From the NCBI GenBank assembly GCA_051294375.1, contig CM119264.1, positions 26,846,755 to 26,910,754 on the forward strand: a DNA stretch of 64,000 nucleotides, read 5' to 3'. Below, piece after piece: positions 1 to 13,563 of this stretch. The position numbers were made by a program, and so were the translations under genes. Within the stretch, counting starts at the first letter, position 1. Each line of letters starts with the position of its first letter. This DNA is from Paraspadella gotoi. Lineage: Eukaryota > Animalia > Chaetognatha. The notes beneath the pieces were generated by a model that saw nothing but the letters and a program-made list of their open reading frames with translations, ran no database searches and was not told the origin of the DNA.

Positions 1-32
<32 letters not shown>

Positions 33-1304
33 TAATTTTGCTATATCTTCTTTTTCAAGAATGGAGATTGTAGAAATGAAACCGAGAAGCTTTTGGTGAC
101 TCTCACTCCCCTCTCCTGGCTCTACTCCCTCTCACGTCCTTTCTCTCACACTTACGGCCATCATCTCACTGTCTCGCACTCTTTTTTTTCCGTGCTATCT
201 GTCTCACTCTCTCTCTCTTTCTCTCGCGAAGCCATAATTAGCGTCGGAATGTGTCGCTTTTTTGTGCAGAGTAAATCATTGTAAAGGAAGCGATAAAACC
301 CGGCGCCATGAAGTCCCTTCGCCGCCGACTATGCCGACGACGCCGACGACGCCGCCCCGAGCTCCACCGGCGTCGTTTCCATCCGCAGGTCTTTAGTGCT
401 GGAGATGTTTCGTCCTCACCCTACCCCTTACCCATTTTAAGCTGCGGGGTGCCTTACCTTCTCGAAGGTGCCATTGCGTCCTCTCCAAATTTCAAGCAAA
501 GGCGTTATTTTATTTCATAGACGCGATTTTATATCAATTCAATTCCCGTTTGTTCGTTGCCATTCCACCCAGTGAGCTTTATCGCAATCTCCAATCTAAT
601 CTCTAAGTACGATGCCATTTTCAACTACGAAGCGTCATTCCACATCAAAGGCGCCATCTACACTTCCACCGGCTCTACGCGACCCCCTTTCTGAAAATTC
701 TCGTTTCCCTTCGAACTCTTCCTGGGTTCGTGTCGTAGCCGCGGCGGCGGCGGCGGCGGCGGCGACGCAGCGGTAACGGCAGCGGCGGCGGTGCCCGGGG
801 CGAGAGTTTCTAGGTCGCCATTTCATCCCTGGCGGGACAGAGTTATGACTGGCTCGGGAGCGGAGGTGAGTAAAGCGCCCTACCTCTGCCGTCGTCGCTG
901 GGACTCGAGGCCCGAGAAACAATCTGACAAGTTTCTCACTTTTATGGTTAGATTTTTGTTTATTATAGTTCTTTTTTTACGTTAAACATATAACTTTTCA
1001 CTGTTAGTTTAATTTTTTTTTCTTTTAGAAAATGTAAAATTACTGGTGATTTCTTTTAGAATGTGAGTTCTACGCGTACAGATTGTAAATTTCACGACAT
1101 GTGCTCAGCTAATGGAGAGAGAGAGAGAGAGANNNNNNNNNNNNNNNNNNNNNNNNNNNNNNNNNNNNNNNNNNNNNNNNNNNNNNNNNNNNNNNNNNNN
1201 NNNNNNNNNNNNNNNNNNNNNNNNNNNNNNNNNNNNNNNNNNNNNNNNNNNNNNNNNNNNNNNNNNNNNNNNNNNNNNNNNNNNNNNNNNNNNNNNNNNN
1301 NNNN

Positions 1305-1339
<35 letters not shown>

Positions 1340-4300
1340 AGAGTTGTAAGAAGGCTGTCTGACGTGGGAGGGAGAGTGCGTTTCACTATTCCACGAAAAT
1401 GAGGGAACAGAAGCTAATTTTTCGAACGGGACTTTTTCACTCTCTCTCCATCTCTTTGCTTCGGTCGTGATTGTTCTTTGCGTCTTCCAACTAATTTAGA
1501 GCATCGAGTTAAAATTATAAGCTTATATTTCATACAGTTAGATTTGGGANNNNNNNNNNNNNNNNNNNNNNNNNNNNNNNNNNNNNNNNNNNNNNNNNNN
1601 NNNNNNNNNNNNNNNNNNNNNNNNNNNNNNNNNNNNNNNNNNNNNNNNNNNNNNNNNNNNNNNNNNNNNNNNNNNNNNNNNNNNNNNNNNNNNNNNNNNN
1701 NNNNNNNNNNNNNNNNNNNNNNNNNNNNNNNNNNNNNNNNNNNNNNNNNNNNNNNNNNNGTTAAGCTGCGTAAATTTAAATACTAAAGCTTAGAAGACAA
1801 AAACTAAACTAAACTACTGTAATAAACAGTAATCTCGAAATAAAAATAACCCAAAAACAGCCATACCTAAAAATGATTCAAATAAAATATAAAAACACGT
1901 CTTGAAAAAATAAAGTAATAAGACGCCATGTGACTCACAAAGTGAAGACACTCGCAGTGAAAACTCACTCTCACTCACCGAGTGAAGGAGTGAAAAAAAA
2001 AGNNNNNNNNNNNNNNNNNNNNNNNNNNNNNNNNNNNNNNNNNNNNNNNNNNNNNNNNNNNNNNNNNNNNNNNNNNNNNNNNNNNNNNNNNNNNNNNNNN
2101 NNNNNNNNNNNNNNNNNNNNNNNNNNNNNNNNNNNNNNNNNNNNNNNNNNNNNNNNNNNNNNNNNNNNNNNNNNNNNNNNNNNNNNNNNNNNNNNNNNNN
2201 NNNNNNNNNNNNNNNNNNNNNNNNNNNNNNNNNNNNNNNNNNNNNNNNNAGAGAGAGAGAGAGAGAGAGAGAGAGAGTCTCCGAGATTGTGGAACGTAAT
2301 AGTCTGAGAAAATGGGGGGAGAGGAAAGTAAAAAAAAAGTAGCAGAGTGTATCTCGTTGAAACGATTGAGAAATAACGAGAGAAAAGGGAAAGCAAGGAA
2401 TAAGTGAAGGGAGGATAGTAAAGCGGGGGATAGAAACAATAGAAGGATAGAAAAGAACTTTCAGAATCTCAAACAGAGCGACTTAATGGCTGTGGAAGCC
2501 AATAAAAGCTGTTTTCATCGAAAAGAAAATAGCGTCTTCAAATGCTTAGAAACGACATAATTTCCCGAACTAAACCAACTTTTTCTTTCTTTTCATTCCG
2601 CGCCATTTTTTAATGATTTTTTCTTTTTCTTTTTACCCGGGATCCGCCAGGAAGACTAAATGGAAAAACGGAGAGAAAGGGCCCTCCATCCGGACTCTTT
2701 TATGGTCAACTGTAATTGAGTCAACTCCACCCCCTCCACCATAAAATACCCGACGTAATTGTCCCACTTTTTTTTTTCCATCTTTGAAAAAAAAAAGTAA
2801 GAGGGAGGGTAAGTTCATTGAGATGCCCTTCGCTGCTGGAAGCCCCGTTCATCGTCCTTCTCTTCGCAAACTCTTTCGACATCATTAATGATCCTCCTTT
2901 TCACTGCGTCTCTNNNNNNNNNNNNNNNNNNNNNNNNNNNNNNNNNNNNNNNNNNNNNNNNNNNNNNNNNNNNNNNNNNNNNNNNNNNNNNNNNNNNNNN
3001 NNNNNNNNNNNNNNNNNNNNNNNNNNNNNNNNNNNNNNNNNNNNNNNNNNNNNNNNNNNNNNNNNNNNNNNNNNNNNNNNNNNNNNNNNNNNNNNNNNNN
3101 NNNNNNNNNNNNNNNNNNNNNNNNNNNNNNNNNNNNNNNNNNNNNNNNNNNNNNNNNNNNNNNNNNNNNNNNNNNNNNNNNNNNNNNNNNNNNNNNNNNN
3201 NNNNNNNNNNNNNNNNNNNNNNNNNNNNNNNATGTCATAACGGAGTTCATTCTCGATATTTTCCAACTTCTTCGACGGCGTCTTCTTCTCCATCACCTCG
3301 CATTTCTAAGAAAAGATCATCGCGATTTCAGTTTCCTCTTTTAGGGAAATTTTTTCAATACAAATTTTGGAGAATAGAACTGTATTTTGAAAAAGGAGAA
3401 AGGTAGAAAATTTATGGAGAAATACAACGTAATCAGTTTTAAAATGACTTATTATAAAGTATAAACCGTTTTATACGACTTAAAGTTCACCAACTTAACG
3501 TTTCATAAACATATTAATATTGAAGTTATAGTAAACAAAAGAAATAAAAATGAAAATGCTTCCCCTTCTTCCAAACCGCCTGGTTATTCTATCAGGGAGT
3601 GGACGAATTTCAATACGAGTTAAAAAGACAGGGATTAACTGTTCAGGTTTCAACTTGTGTTTGTCACTTGTCAATGGGCACGAGGTGCAACCCTGCCTCC
3701 CGGTGCAAATCAATTTCGTTTGCCGGAGCACGCCGACACTCGCCGGTGCACGCCGACACCCGCCCACCTCTTGGACGCCTTTTGTTCCGCCTTTCGGTCA
3801 TTAAAAGCGAAGTCACAAAGAGAGAACCTCAATCATTATGCTATAAATAGATTATTTCTCTCCCACTCTCTTTTAACTCTCTCTCTCTTTATCTCATTTT
3901 CTCTCTCTTTAACTCTCTCTCTATCTCTCTCTTACTCGTTCGACGGAGTCATAAAAATCGCCTCCGCCAAACCGTTTCGTCTCTCTCTCTCTCTGGCTCT
4001 TTCTGATTCTCTCTCTCTTTTCATTTTACTTCCATAAACACATTCGTAGCGCGATAATAGAAAAAGAAAACGATTATTTTAGGAATGAAAAACAGGGAGG
4101 GAGAGAGAGAGAGAGTAGATTTTGGGAGTTAAAAAAAATGATTAATACACTTATCAGAGTACGTTAGTCCTGTATATTAACCAACCTACATGTTGGACCA
4201 GTACTTAATAGTGTTCGAATATGAACCATTATAAATTATTATATTAAATACTAGTTAAGCTGTGCGGTAACTTTAAGATAATCTTTATAGCTCTCAGAGT

Positions 4301-5149
4301 AAGGAAAGACAATAAAACTAAAGGAAAGCTAAACTACGTAAGAGGATTAAAATTCAGTTCTATCCCCACCGATAACTAAAAATAACCAAAAATCTCCATG
4401 CCTCATCATCATTTTTTTAAATGTTCTTACTAGTTGACTTACTTTATCCCCTAAAATTAATGATTTTGCACTATCAAATTAAAAATCATAATAAACATAA
4501 CAGTTCTTGGTAAAATATAAATGTGAATGAAGACGCCCACATGTACTATCCACACCAATAAAAAGGCGTGAAATAGACCACTCGCGCCTGAGTTTGATAT
4601 ATAAATAACATAGTTATTTCCACCCAACAACTCGGAACGTAGCAGAGAGATGGATTAGGAGTGAGAAGAAAAAAAAGGGCGCCGAGGACGGTTAGACATA
4701 CATTGGAGGCGCTCTCTCGAGGAAACTAAGAGCACAAAGGCAAAAATCCGTGTTGGATGGAAAGGGGTCTTGAATTGACGACGAGACCGGGATTCAGTTG
4801 GGTCACAGGGTTCTCTTGCTATATCGTCAATGAGAGAGTTCACGATGTTTCTCGGAGAGAGGAGGTATCTAACTATTGGGAGTAACCCGAGGATAAAGAA
4901 AAGGAGAGAGAGCACAGAGAAGAGGAGAGAGAGAGAGAGACCAGAGCGAAGAGAAGAGAGATAGAAAGAGGAGCCACGAGATAAGAGAGCACCAGAGAGA
5001 GAGAGAGAGAAGTGCAGAGAGAAGAGAGAGAGAGAGAGGACCGAAAAATAAAGACTTGAAATTGAGAGTATAGTTTCTAAATCTGCGAGAGAGCAATTTA
5101 TGAGATATACGTTATTATAAGTCCTGAGAAAAGATTGAGAGTGTTCAGT

Positions 5150-5620
5150 ATGTAGGAAAGTAAAAAAAAGTTGTAGTGCCAGAGTGTTATAACTTTCTAT
5201 TCTCACGTTTTTTTATATGGGAAAAAAACGATTGAGAAATAACGAAGAAACAGGGAGAAAGCACCACACATTTCAATGCAACTAAATGAAGGGAGGATAG
5301 TAAAGCCCGGGGGATAGGAAACACAATAGAGGATAGAAAGAAACTTTCAGACCTTAATGGCTGTGGAAGCCCAATTAAAAGCCTGTTTTCACGAAAAGAA
5401 AAATAGCGTCTCAAATGCTTAAGAAACGACATAATTTTCCCGAACTAAACAACTTTTCTTCTTTTCATTTACCGCGCCATTTTAATCGATTTTTTCTTTT
5501 TCTTTTTACCGGATTCCGCCAGGAAGACTAATGGAAAAACGCAGAGAGAAAGGCCCTTATCCATCGAGACTCTTTTTTGGTCAACTGTAATTGAGTCAAC
5601 TCCACCCCACCTTCTTTTTC
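5150..5620 (+). repeat. Noisy direct copy of 2325-2745
   Basis: ttaatggctgtggaagcc, gcttaagaaacgacataat, ccgccaggaagacta, ggtcaactgtaattgagtcaactccacccc occur in both places with many indels. Confidence 0.85.
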
Positions 5621-8029
5621 CTCTCTCACCATATAAAAATATTTAATGCCGTAAAATGCGACGTATTGGTCGTATTGTTCCATATCAATATCATAATAGG
5701 CTATCTTTCTTCGCCGATTCTTTGAACAAAAAAAAACCTGAACTTTAATGACAGAGTATTTGAGAGGGGAGGGTTAATTAGGTTGTGTCCTGAGCTATGA
5801 GTATCGACTCTCCTACAAGATAATGACATACCCTTCGGCCGTTCTCAGCGTATGGACAGTTGGCCCAGTTCAGATGCGCAGATCTGTACTCAGGTTTGCA
5901 AGCGCATATAAACACATGGCCTATTACGCAACCACATCAATTTAATTCTAAGTCCACTCTCTCCCTCTTAGTTCAAAACTCTTGCGCGTTTATTCTCTCA
6001 CTTCTCTCATCTCTCCTACTCCTCTCCTCTATTCTCTCTCTCTCTCTCTCACCTCTCTCTCTCTTCTCATTCCCCAGAGTATCTCCTCTGTCTTATGTCC
6101 ATCTCCAAATTGAAGTGGATATAATTTCATCTCTATAAGAACTGTTTTAATTTACATCTCTAAAAGTACACACTTTCGTATTCTTATATCCTTCTCCACC
6201 TGGTTTTCTCCCTCTTTCGCCGATAATTATATTTCTTCTTTCTCCCTCCTACCCTCAGAGTTTACACCTAAATCATTAATCCTTAACTGTCTCTTCTTGC
6301 TTCCGTCTCCTTTTCTTTTGATTTGATCCATTGTATCTCCTTATCTCACTCTAGTCCTCTCGCATCCTCCCTCTTTTCCTCGCATCCATCCCTCGCGCTC
6401 CTTCCCCATCGCCCTCTTCCTCCACCCCTTTTGACCATCTCCTCTGCCTGCCAAAACTTTGGACGTCGCCCTCCTCATCATCGACTTCACGATCCTCTTC
6501 TCCTTCTAAGAATGTCAAAACACGCTTGATGTACCAACTTGATGCCAAAGACCAAACTATTGTCGAGATTATCCACTTAATTGTAATAATCACATAACGG
6601 ATACTATCCACTAAGTTTTCCGCGTTCATTACTTAAAACGTTCTAAGCAAACAAAAAAAACCTACAAATACTTCAGACACCCAGAGTAAAAAATTCTCCT
6701 GCGTCCTTCTCTAGCAACACACACGACGAACGAAAAAAATCGCTATGCGCGCAAAAAGAAGCTTAAGCGGCAGTCGGCCGAGGCAGTATACAGGTGTCCA
6801 TTATAAGGAAGCGCTGAGTAAAATAGTGACCCATCATAGCGGGCATGAGAGTTAATTTCACGCTTTGCCGCCCTCATCTGCCTCTAGGACTTCATTCTTC
6901 CATACAACAAAGTGTCTCTCGGGCTAAATGGCTCCAAAACTGGCTATTTTAATGGCAGAAATATCTCTCATAAAAAGGAACCGCAACATAAAATACATGT
7001 AAGCACGATTAAGTATTCGCAAAATAGTTGAGACTCTAAAGTTAGAATTGGTCTGCAGAAGGTATGGAGGCTAAGACAATGGTGCTGCTATGAAATAATT
7101 GAGGAGGTAAGGAGAGGGGAAAAGCTTCTTTTTTTTAAGAAATCAGGGTCGCGAATTATGAGCGTGCCATAGTTCATAACGGAATGCAGTAGGCGCCCGG
7201 CGAACGAATGACGATCAACAAGTTGATTGGCACAGCTTATGCATACCATAAATTCCTAGTTGAAAATCTTTTGACATTTTAAACTGACTTACTATGTATA
7301 TAACCTAGCAAACAAAGAACGAATGAGCTCGGACTTTCTTTGTTTTGGTATTAGTTTTTTTTGACAATTAAAAATTACCTGCTTAGTTTTCTTCTTAAAC
7401 GCTTTTTACAATGTAACAAGTAGAGCAGACTTGTATTACAACTCCATTATTTTTAATGAACCTAAACTAACAAATAGTTCTATTACTATATCTGACAGAC
7501 ACATATAATCCAGTACAGATGAGGCCTGAACTTTACTAGACTAGTTCTACTGTCATTTGTTCTGCATTTGTTAAATAATATTTGAGTCGTATATTCTAGT
7601 TATTTTTAATGCAGAAAATTCTGCTGTAGAAAAGTACATAGAATAGAAAAATAGAAAATAAATGAGACTCTTTTAAGTAAGATTTAGAATCAAGTAAAAT
7701 ACAGTAATAACAGTAATATCTGAACGAGAATTTTTCGCTATGTTATAACTGCTGAAACCCAATGTCCAGTGAAAAAACTTATTTGTAATAGGTCATTTCT
7801 CTCTCTCATACCTAACTTTCGTGATTTTAGCCGATATTCGAACTGTATTCATTGTATAATAATTTTTATGTGACCTGTCCGGCTTTTTCAATAGTGACGT
7901 CCTGAACAATTTTGAAAAATCGTCGCAACCGTATTAAAAGTTGTTTCTTTATTACGAGTCTTTTGGCTTTCCTGTCTTTAACCATTTATGTACGAAGAAA
8001 ATACAAGTTTTTTTTCCTTTTTACAAAAT

Positions 8030-8752
8030 AAAAACCAGACCAAAAAATGTAGAATTAAATAAATTTAAAAAAAAACCCTAAAAAAAATTAAAAAAAAATC
8101 AAGAGAAAGAAGAATGAGAGATAACAGAAATTAAAATTACAAATTTTGTAACTAATAATAAGTAATTAAAAAAAAAAAGAAAGTAAATAAAAGAATTTAT
8201 AAAAAAAAATTTAAAACATTAGATATACAAAGCTTAAATATAATACCAGAAAATAAATAAAAATAAAAACAATCAAAAAAAACTTTGAAATGCATATTAA
8301 GTCATAAAAAATAAATAAAAAAAAAAAAAATAAAATAATAAAAAAAAAAATTAATAATAAAAATTTAAAAAAAAATAAACAAAATTAAAAGGGAATAAAA
8401 AAAAAAAAAAATATATAGAAAAAATACAAAAACGAATAAAGAAAAAAAAATAATAAAGTAACAACCTAAAAAAAATTTAACAAATAAAACAAAAAAAAAA
8501 AAAAGACCTAAAAAAAAAAAAAAAATAAATAACAAAAATATAAAAAAAAATAAAAAATAAAAAAAAAATAAAAAAACAAAAACAAAAGTAAGACAAAAAA
8601 AATAATAAAAAAAACCAATAAAAATTTTAAAAAATTTTAGAATAATAAATAAAATAGAGATCAAAAACATAAAAGAAAAAAAAGCAAATTAAATAAAAAA
8701 AAAAACCCAAAAAGAAAACAATGAGAAAATAAAACAAAAAAAAAAAAAAAAA

Positions 8753-8786
<34 letters not shown>

Positions 8787-9425
8787 CAAAAAAAAATAAT
8801 ACAAAAAATAAAATAAAAAAAAAAATTAAAAAAAAAAAAAGAAAAAAAAATAAAAAAAAAAAAAAAAAAAAAAAAAAAATAAAAAAAAAAAATTAAAACA
8901 TTAAAAATAATTAAAAAATAAAATAAAAAAAAACAAATAAAAAAAAATTTTTAATAAAAATTTTAACAAAAAGAAAAAAAATTAAAAAAACCAAGAGTAA
9001 AAAAAAAAAAAACAAAAAATAAAGAAAAAAAATTACACAAAGAACAACTAAGAAAAAAAACAAAAACGACAAAAACCAAAATATAAACACATAAACAAAA
9101 ACACCAAAAAAAAAAAACAAAATAAAAAATAAAAAAAAAAAAAAAAAAAAAAAATAAAAAAAAAAAAAAAAAAAATTAAAGAGAACAATCACAATTATAA
9201 ATAAATTATAAAGAAAATAATACGAAAAAAAATTATAACTAAAAAAATCTAATATAATAAATCAAGGTACAAAAACATAAAAAAAAAAAAAAAAAAAAAA
9301 TACCAAAAAACAAAAAAAAAAAAAAAAAAAAGAAAAACAATAGAAAAAAAAAAAAAAAAAAGAATAACAAAACAAAAAAATAAAGAAAATGAAATGAAAA
9401 AAAAAATAAAAAAATTACAAAAAAA
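8030..9425. other. Extremely A-rich low-complexity tract, probably low-quality long-read sequence
   Basis: ~1.4 kb of near poly-A with random interruptions and no periodicity. Confidence 0.75.
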
Positions 9426-9759
9426 CCTTCGATTTCATTACCGTCAATTTCTTTAATAAAATAGCCCTTTCAGGACAAATTAATTAGCAAGTAGAACTCA
9501 TTTCCTCTCCCACCCTTTCTCCCTCGACGGTGCGACATTACCTCGAACATTTGTGGTCCGCAAAGCGTGGAGACTCTAAAACTCTCTACAAATGCAAGTA
9601 AATTAAAATTATTAACGGTCTAAAACAATAAATAATAAAAGCCAAGACTAACGTTGCCGACGACGACGGACAGCATCGAATCCATTAGTAAATCTTGGAA
9701 AAAAAGTAAAAGACCTGTTTAAGCCTACAGATTCCTCCAGTTCAAGTGTTTTGAACCTC

Positions 9760-10520
9760 GCCAAGTGCTTGCTTTCCGGAGCTAGTTTCGCGACTAAGCC
9801 ACCTCCTTGCTTTCTCTCCGAGCACTCTTGAAAAACGCTCGCTCAAGTTCATTCCGTCTTTTCCGTCATACCGATCATATCTCCCCTGCCTCAAAGCTTG
9901 CTTTCCAAAGCTCGGATCCCCTCGACTCAAATCTCCTAGCTTGCCTTTCCCGCGAACTTCGATCGTCCATGCTTGTGCTTTCCCCCCAGAAGATGCCTCG
10001 ATTAGATCCCGTGTCAGAAATCACGGAGGGTCATAAAAAATCCCAAGGCCCTTCCTGGCTTATCGCCGAAAGAGACCACGCCGTTCGATCAGTCATACTA
10101 TGCCTCACTACCGCTTGCATTCTTCTTCCGGGACTGCTCCTTTCCACTGATTCCGAGTGACCTCGTCAGCTTGCCTTTCCCCAAGCTCGATTGCACAAGT
10201 TCCTTTCCGCTTTCCTATAGCAACTTTCGTATACAAACCTTCCATAAAAAATGCAAAAGCCTTCGATCTTCCGTCTAGCCGGACGCGAATAATATCGAAG
10301 AAAGAACGAATCTAATGCTCTAGGAATGAACAACACAGAGGGACGCTTGTGCTTCCCCGAGAACTTTCGTATCGCCAAGCTGTGCCTTTCCGAGCTCCCG
10401 AAGTCGCCCAGATCGCTTTCCGAGCTCGATCACAAGTCTTGGCTTTCTTTCCGAGCTCGGATCGCCTAAGCTTGCTTCCGAGCGTCGATCGCTCAAGAGG
10501 CCCTTTCCCGAGCTTGTTTC
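9760..10520. repeat. Degenerate/noisy minisatellite, unit ~26-27 nt (caagcttgctttccgagctcgatcgc)
   Basis: gcttgctttcc / ccgagctcgatc recurs more than ten times, clearest at 10376-10515. Confidence 0.7.
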
Positions 10521-12789
10521 CCTGAACGCAAGACACTTTTTTACGTAACGGAGGAAGACGTAAGACTTCAAGCTTCTAACAGGTTACAATGACGCGGAAA
10601 TTCAATCAAGATGACCAGTAGCATGCAAACATTATTCAGATTCAAGACATTCAGAATGCAGAAACATGGAAAAAACGAAACAAGTTTGTTTTTTTTTTTT
10701 TTCAAAACCAGGCCGTCGATCGCTGCGGGAACGGCGAAGGTCGTGTTTCGCGTTGTTGTTCTGTCCTTGTTTCGTAGTGTTGGTTTTTTTTTTTTTGAGT
10801 GGGCACAGATAAATTCGTCGTCGTCAGTCGCGCGCGGTCGTCATATCTTATTGGAACGTAGAGATTTTGCGAATGGCACCTATTGGAGAGTAAATTCTGG
10901 ATAACCTTGGACCGAGAAAGGTTCCGGGGATGAGTGACGGAAATATCGATTGCTACAGTTAATACTAGAGAGTAATTGAGGGCAGGAGGCGAAAGAGGAA
11001 GAGAGGATGAGAAGAGAGAGCGAGAGAAGAGGAGAGAGGAGAGAGAGATAGAGAGAAAGAAGGAGGGTGTAGGGAGAAGAAAGAAAAAAGGAGAAAATGA
11101 CAGAAGAGATAAAAAAAAAAAACAAGANNNNNNNNNNNNNNNNNNNNNNNNNAAAAACAGACAAAAAACTAAAAAAGAAAGCAAGATAAACAGACAGACA
11201 GGGCGACAGACAGACAAAAGGAGAATGTGAAATTGTGAAAATCAGTGGGCGAGTGTGAGAAGGATCGGAAGTGATCGAGCGAAAGAAGTGAGTGGAAACG
11301 CGAAAGATTAAATCGAGGAAAAAAAGAAGTTATGATGCCGACTCACTCGATCCCGGCGCTCGATCCCGGGACGCGAGTCCATGGCGCGATTTCGTTTTCG
11401 GCGTGCCGATCGTTCAACTCAAGGCAACGCCCACTTCCGCCGTCGACTCTGCCACGATTTTTTTGCCCGTACGACGCGTACGTGCATCAATATGAATTTT
11501 ATTCATACGTTCCTGTCTTCTTTCCTTTTTTTCTCTCTTACTGTCCGTACTATGTACTGTCTATTCGTTCTAACTCTAATTTCCACAATCTGTCTGTCAG
11601 TCAATATGTCTGCCTTTTTTTATGTCTGTCTTTGTCTATCCAGTTTTTTGTTTTTTCTACTAGTCTTTCGGCCTATCTCTCTCTCTCTCTCTCTCTCATC
11701 TCCCTCTCCTCTCTCTCTTTTCTCTCTCTCTCTCTTCTCTTTTTTTCTCTCTCTCTCTCATCTCTTCTCTTCTCTCTCTCTCTCTCCTCTCTCTCTTTTC
11801 TCCCGATTCCGCGGGACGTACATCATTAGGCGCCAAGCCCGAGTCAAGATATAAGTAGTCTTTTGCGACTCATTCCGTCCGAAGTTTATGAGGAACCGAA
11901 AGGAGGGAAAGAGGAGGCGGTTCTTACTTTTCTTTTTTCTCACTTTTCTTTTTTCTTTCTTTTCTTTTTCTTTTCTTGTTCAACTCCGAATTTCGCCTTC
12001 TTTTTTTTCAAGGGAGGGCGAAACATTTTTCAACAAGAAAAAAAATAAAGAGTCAAACTCCGGAGGTTTTTTCTTTTCTTTTAGGCTTAGTATAGAAAAG
12101 TAATAGCGAAGCTCGGCAATAGTTTACATCGAGCCGACTGGCGTTTTTAGTTGGTTGAATCTTCGTGAAATTGCGCGGCTCGAGTACGAATAGAAACCCT
12201 TTTATATTTGGGTTATAGAAGTAGAATTTCTACTGATTATTGTTTTCCATAGGATTATTGATATTTCTACCGTATTTTTTAAAGAAATTAAGATCTCAAT
12301 GACTTAAAAAAAAGAATTGATAAAAGAAAGAAAAGTCGATTTTTTTTCAGCGTTGAACAAATATAATTTTAATTTGGAATTTTGATTTGATTCGATATGT
12401 TGTTTTAATAAAATTAGGTGTAGTCTTTCAGTATATCAACCAATTCTTTCGCTCGCGTTCGTTTTATCACCTCGTTTTCTCCTCTTTATTTGCACTTTCT
12501 ACCCCTTTTCTCTCCTTTTTCTCTCCCCTTTCTCTCCCTTTTCTCTTCTCTTTTCTCAATTTTCTCTCCTTTTTTCTCCCCTTTTCTCTCCTTTTCATCC
12601 TTTTTCTCTCCCCTTTCTTCCCTGTTTCTCTTCTCTTTCTCCCCTTTTTCTCCTCTTTTCTCCCCTTCTCTCCTTTTCACTCCTTTTCTCTCCCCTTTCT
12701 CTCCCCTTTTCTTCTCTGTTCTCCCCTTTTCTCTCCTTTTCTTCTCTCCCCTTTCTTCCTTTCTTCTTCTCTCTCCATTTTCTCTCCTT

Positions 12790-13563
12790 TTTCTCTCCCT
12801 TTCTCTCCTTTATCTTTCCCTTTTCTCTCCTCTTTCTTCCCTTTTTCCTTTCAACTTTTTCCACGAAAGTAAAAGCAGCCAACCGCCAGTAATCTGTCAA
12901 ACAACGTTTCACTCTTTCTCGCGTCGTTTCTTTTTCGTCCTTTTTCCGCTCCAGTCTTTCACTTTCTTTCTCGCCATTCTTTTCTTTTTTCTCTCTTTTC
13001 TTTCTCGCCTTTCATTCTTCTTTCTCCTCTTCTTTTCTTTCTCGCCTTTCATTCTTTCTTTTCTCTCTTTTTTTTTTCTTTTTTGTTTCATCACAGTTAA
13101 CGGTGTTTTGGCTTTCCCAAATGCCAATAATCCTCAGGNNNNNNNNNNNNNNNNNNNNNNNNNCAAAGAAGAGAGGATTCTCCTTTTTCTCTCCCCTCCT
13201 CCTTGTCTTCTCTCTTTCCCATTTCTCTCCTTCCTTTTCTCTGCCTCTTTTCTCTCCCTTTTTTTTCTTTCAACTTTTTCCACGAAGTAAAAGCAGCCAA
13301 CCGCCAGTAATCTGGTCAAAACAACGTTTCACTCTTTCTCGCTTCGTTTCTTTTTTCGTCCTTTTTCCGCTCCAGTCTTTCACTTTCTTTCTCGCCATTC
13401 TTTTTTTTTTTCTCCTCTTTTCTTTCTCGCCTTTCATTCTTTTTTCTTTCTCTCTCTTTTTCTTCTCGCCTTTCATTCTCTTTCTTTTCTCTCTTTTTTT
13501 TTTCTTTTTTGTTTCATCACAGTTAACGGTGTTTTGGCTTTCCCAAATGCCAATAATCCTTCA
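12790..13563. repeat. ~430 bp-period tandem duplication around a 25-N gap (likely unmerged overlap)
   Basis: ccacgaaagtaaaagcagccaaccgccagtaatc...tcccaaatgccaataatcct occurs on both sides of gap 13139-13163. Confidence 0.85.

Larger units (their letters stand above)
2818..11382 (-). other. Possible fragments of an unidentified minus-strand gene disrupted by gaps and noisy sequence
   Basis: gcgccATGGACTCG...GATCGA|gtgagt (11347-11382); ttag|AAATGCGAG exon start at ~3306 (VMEKKTPSKKLENIENELRYD); ...DDERGFQQRRASQ* ending ~2816. No family recognised. Confidence 0.25.

Noticed and set aside
300-950. GC-rich possible exons and a TCF-like site (acatcaaagg)
   Set aside because: No recognisable protein or partner exons; isolated motifs are expected by chance.
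8365-9192. Phe-rich membrane-like ORFs
   Set aside because: Reverse complement of poly-A noise.
9760-10520. CRISPR-like repeat/spacer array
   Set aside because: Repeats are not identical, the apparent spacers are degraded repeat copies, there are no cas genes, and the context is eukaryotic.
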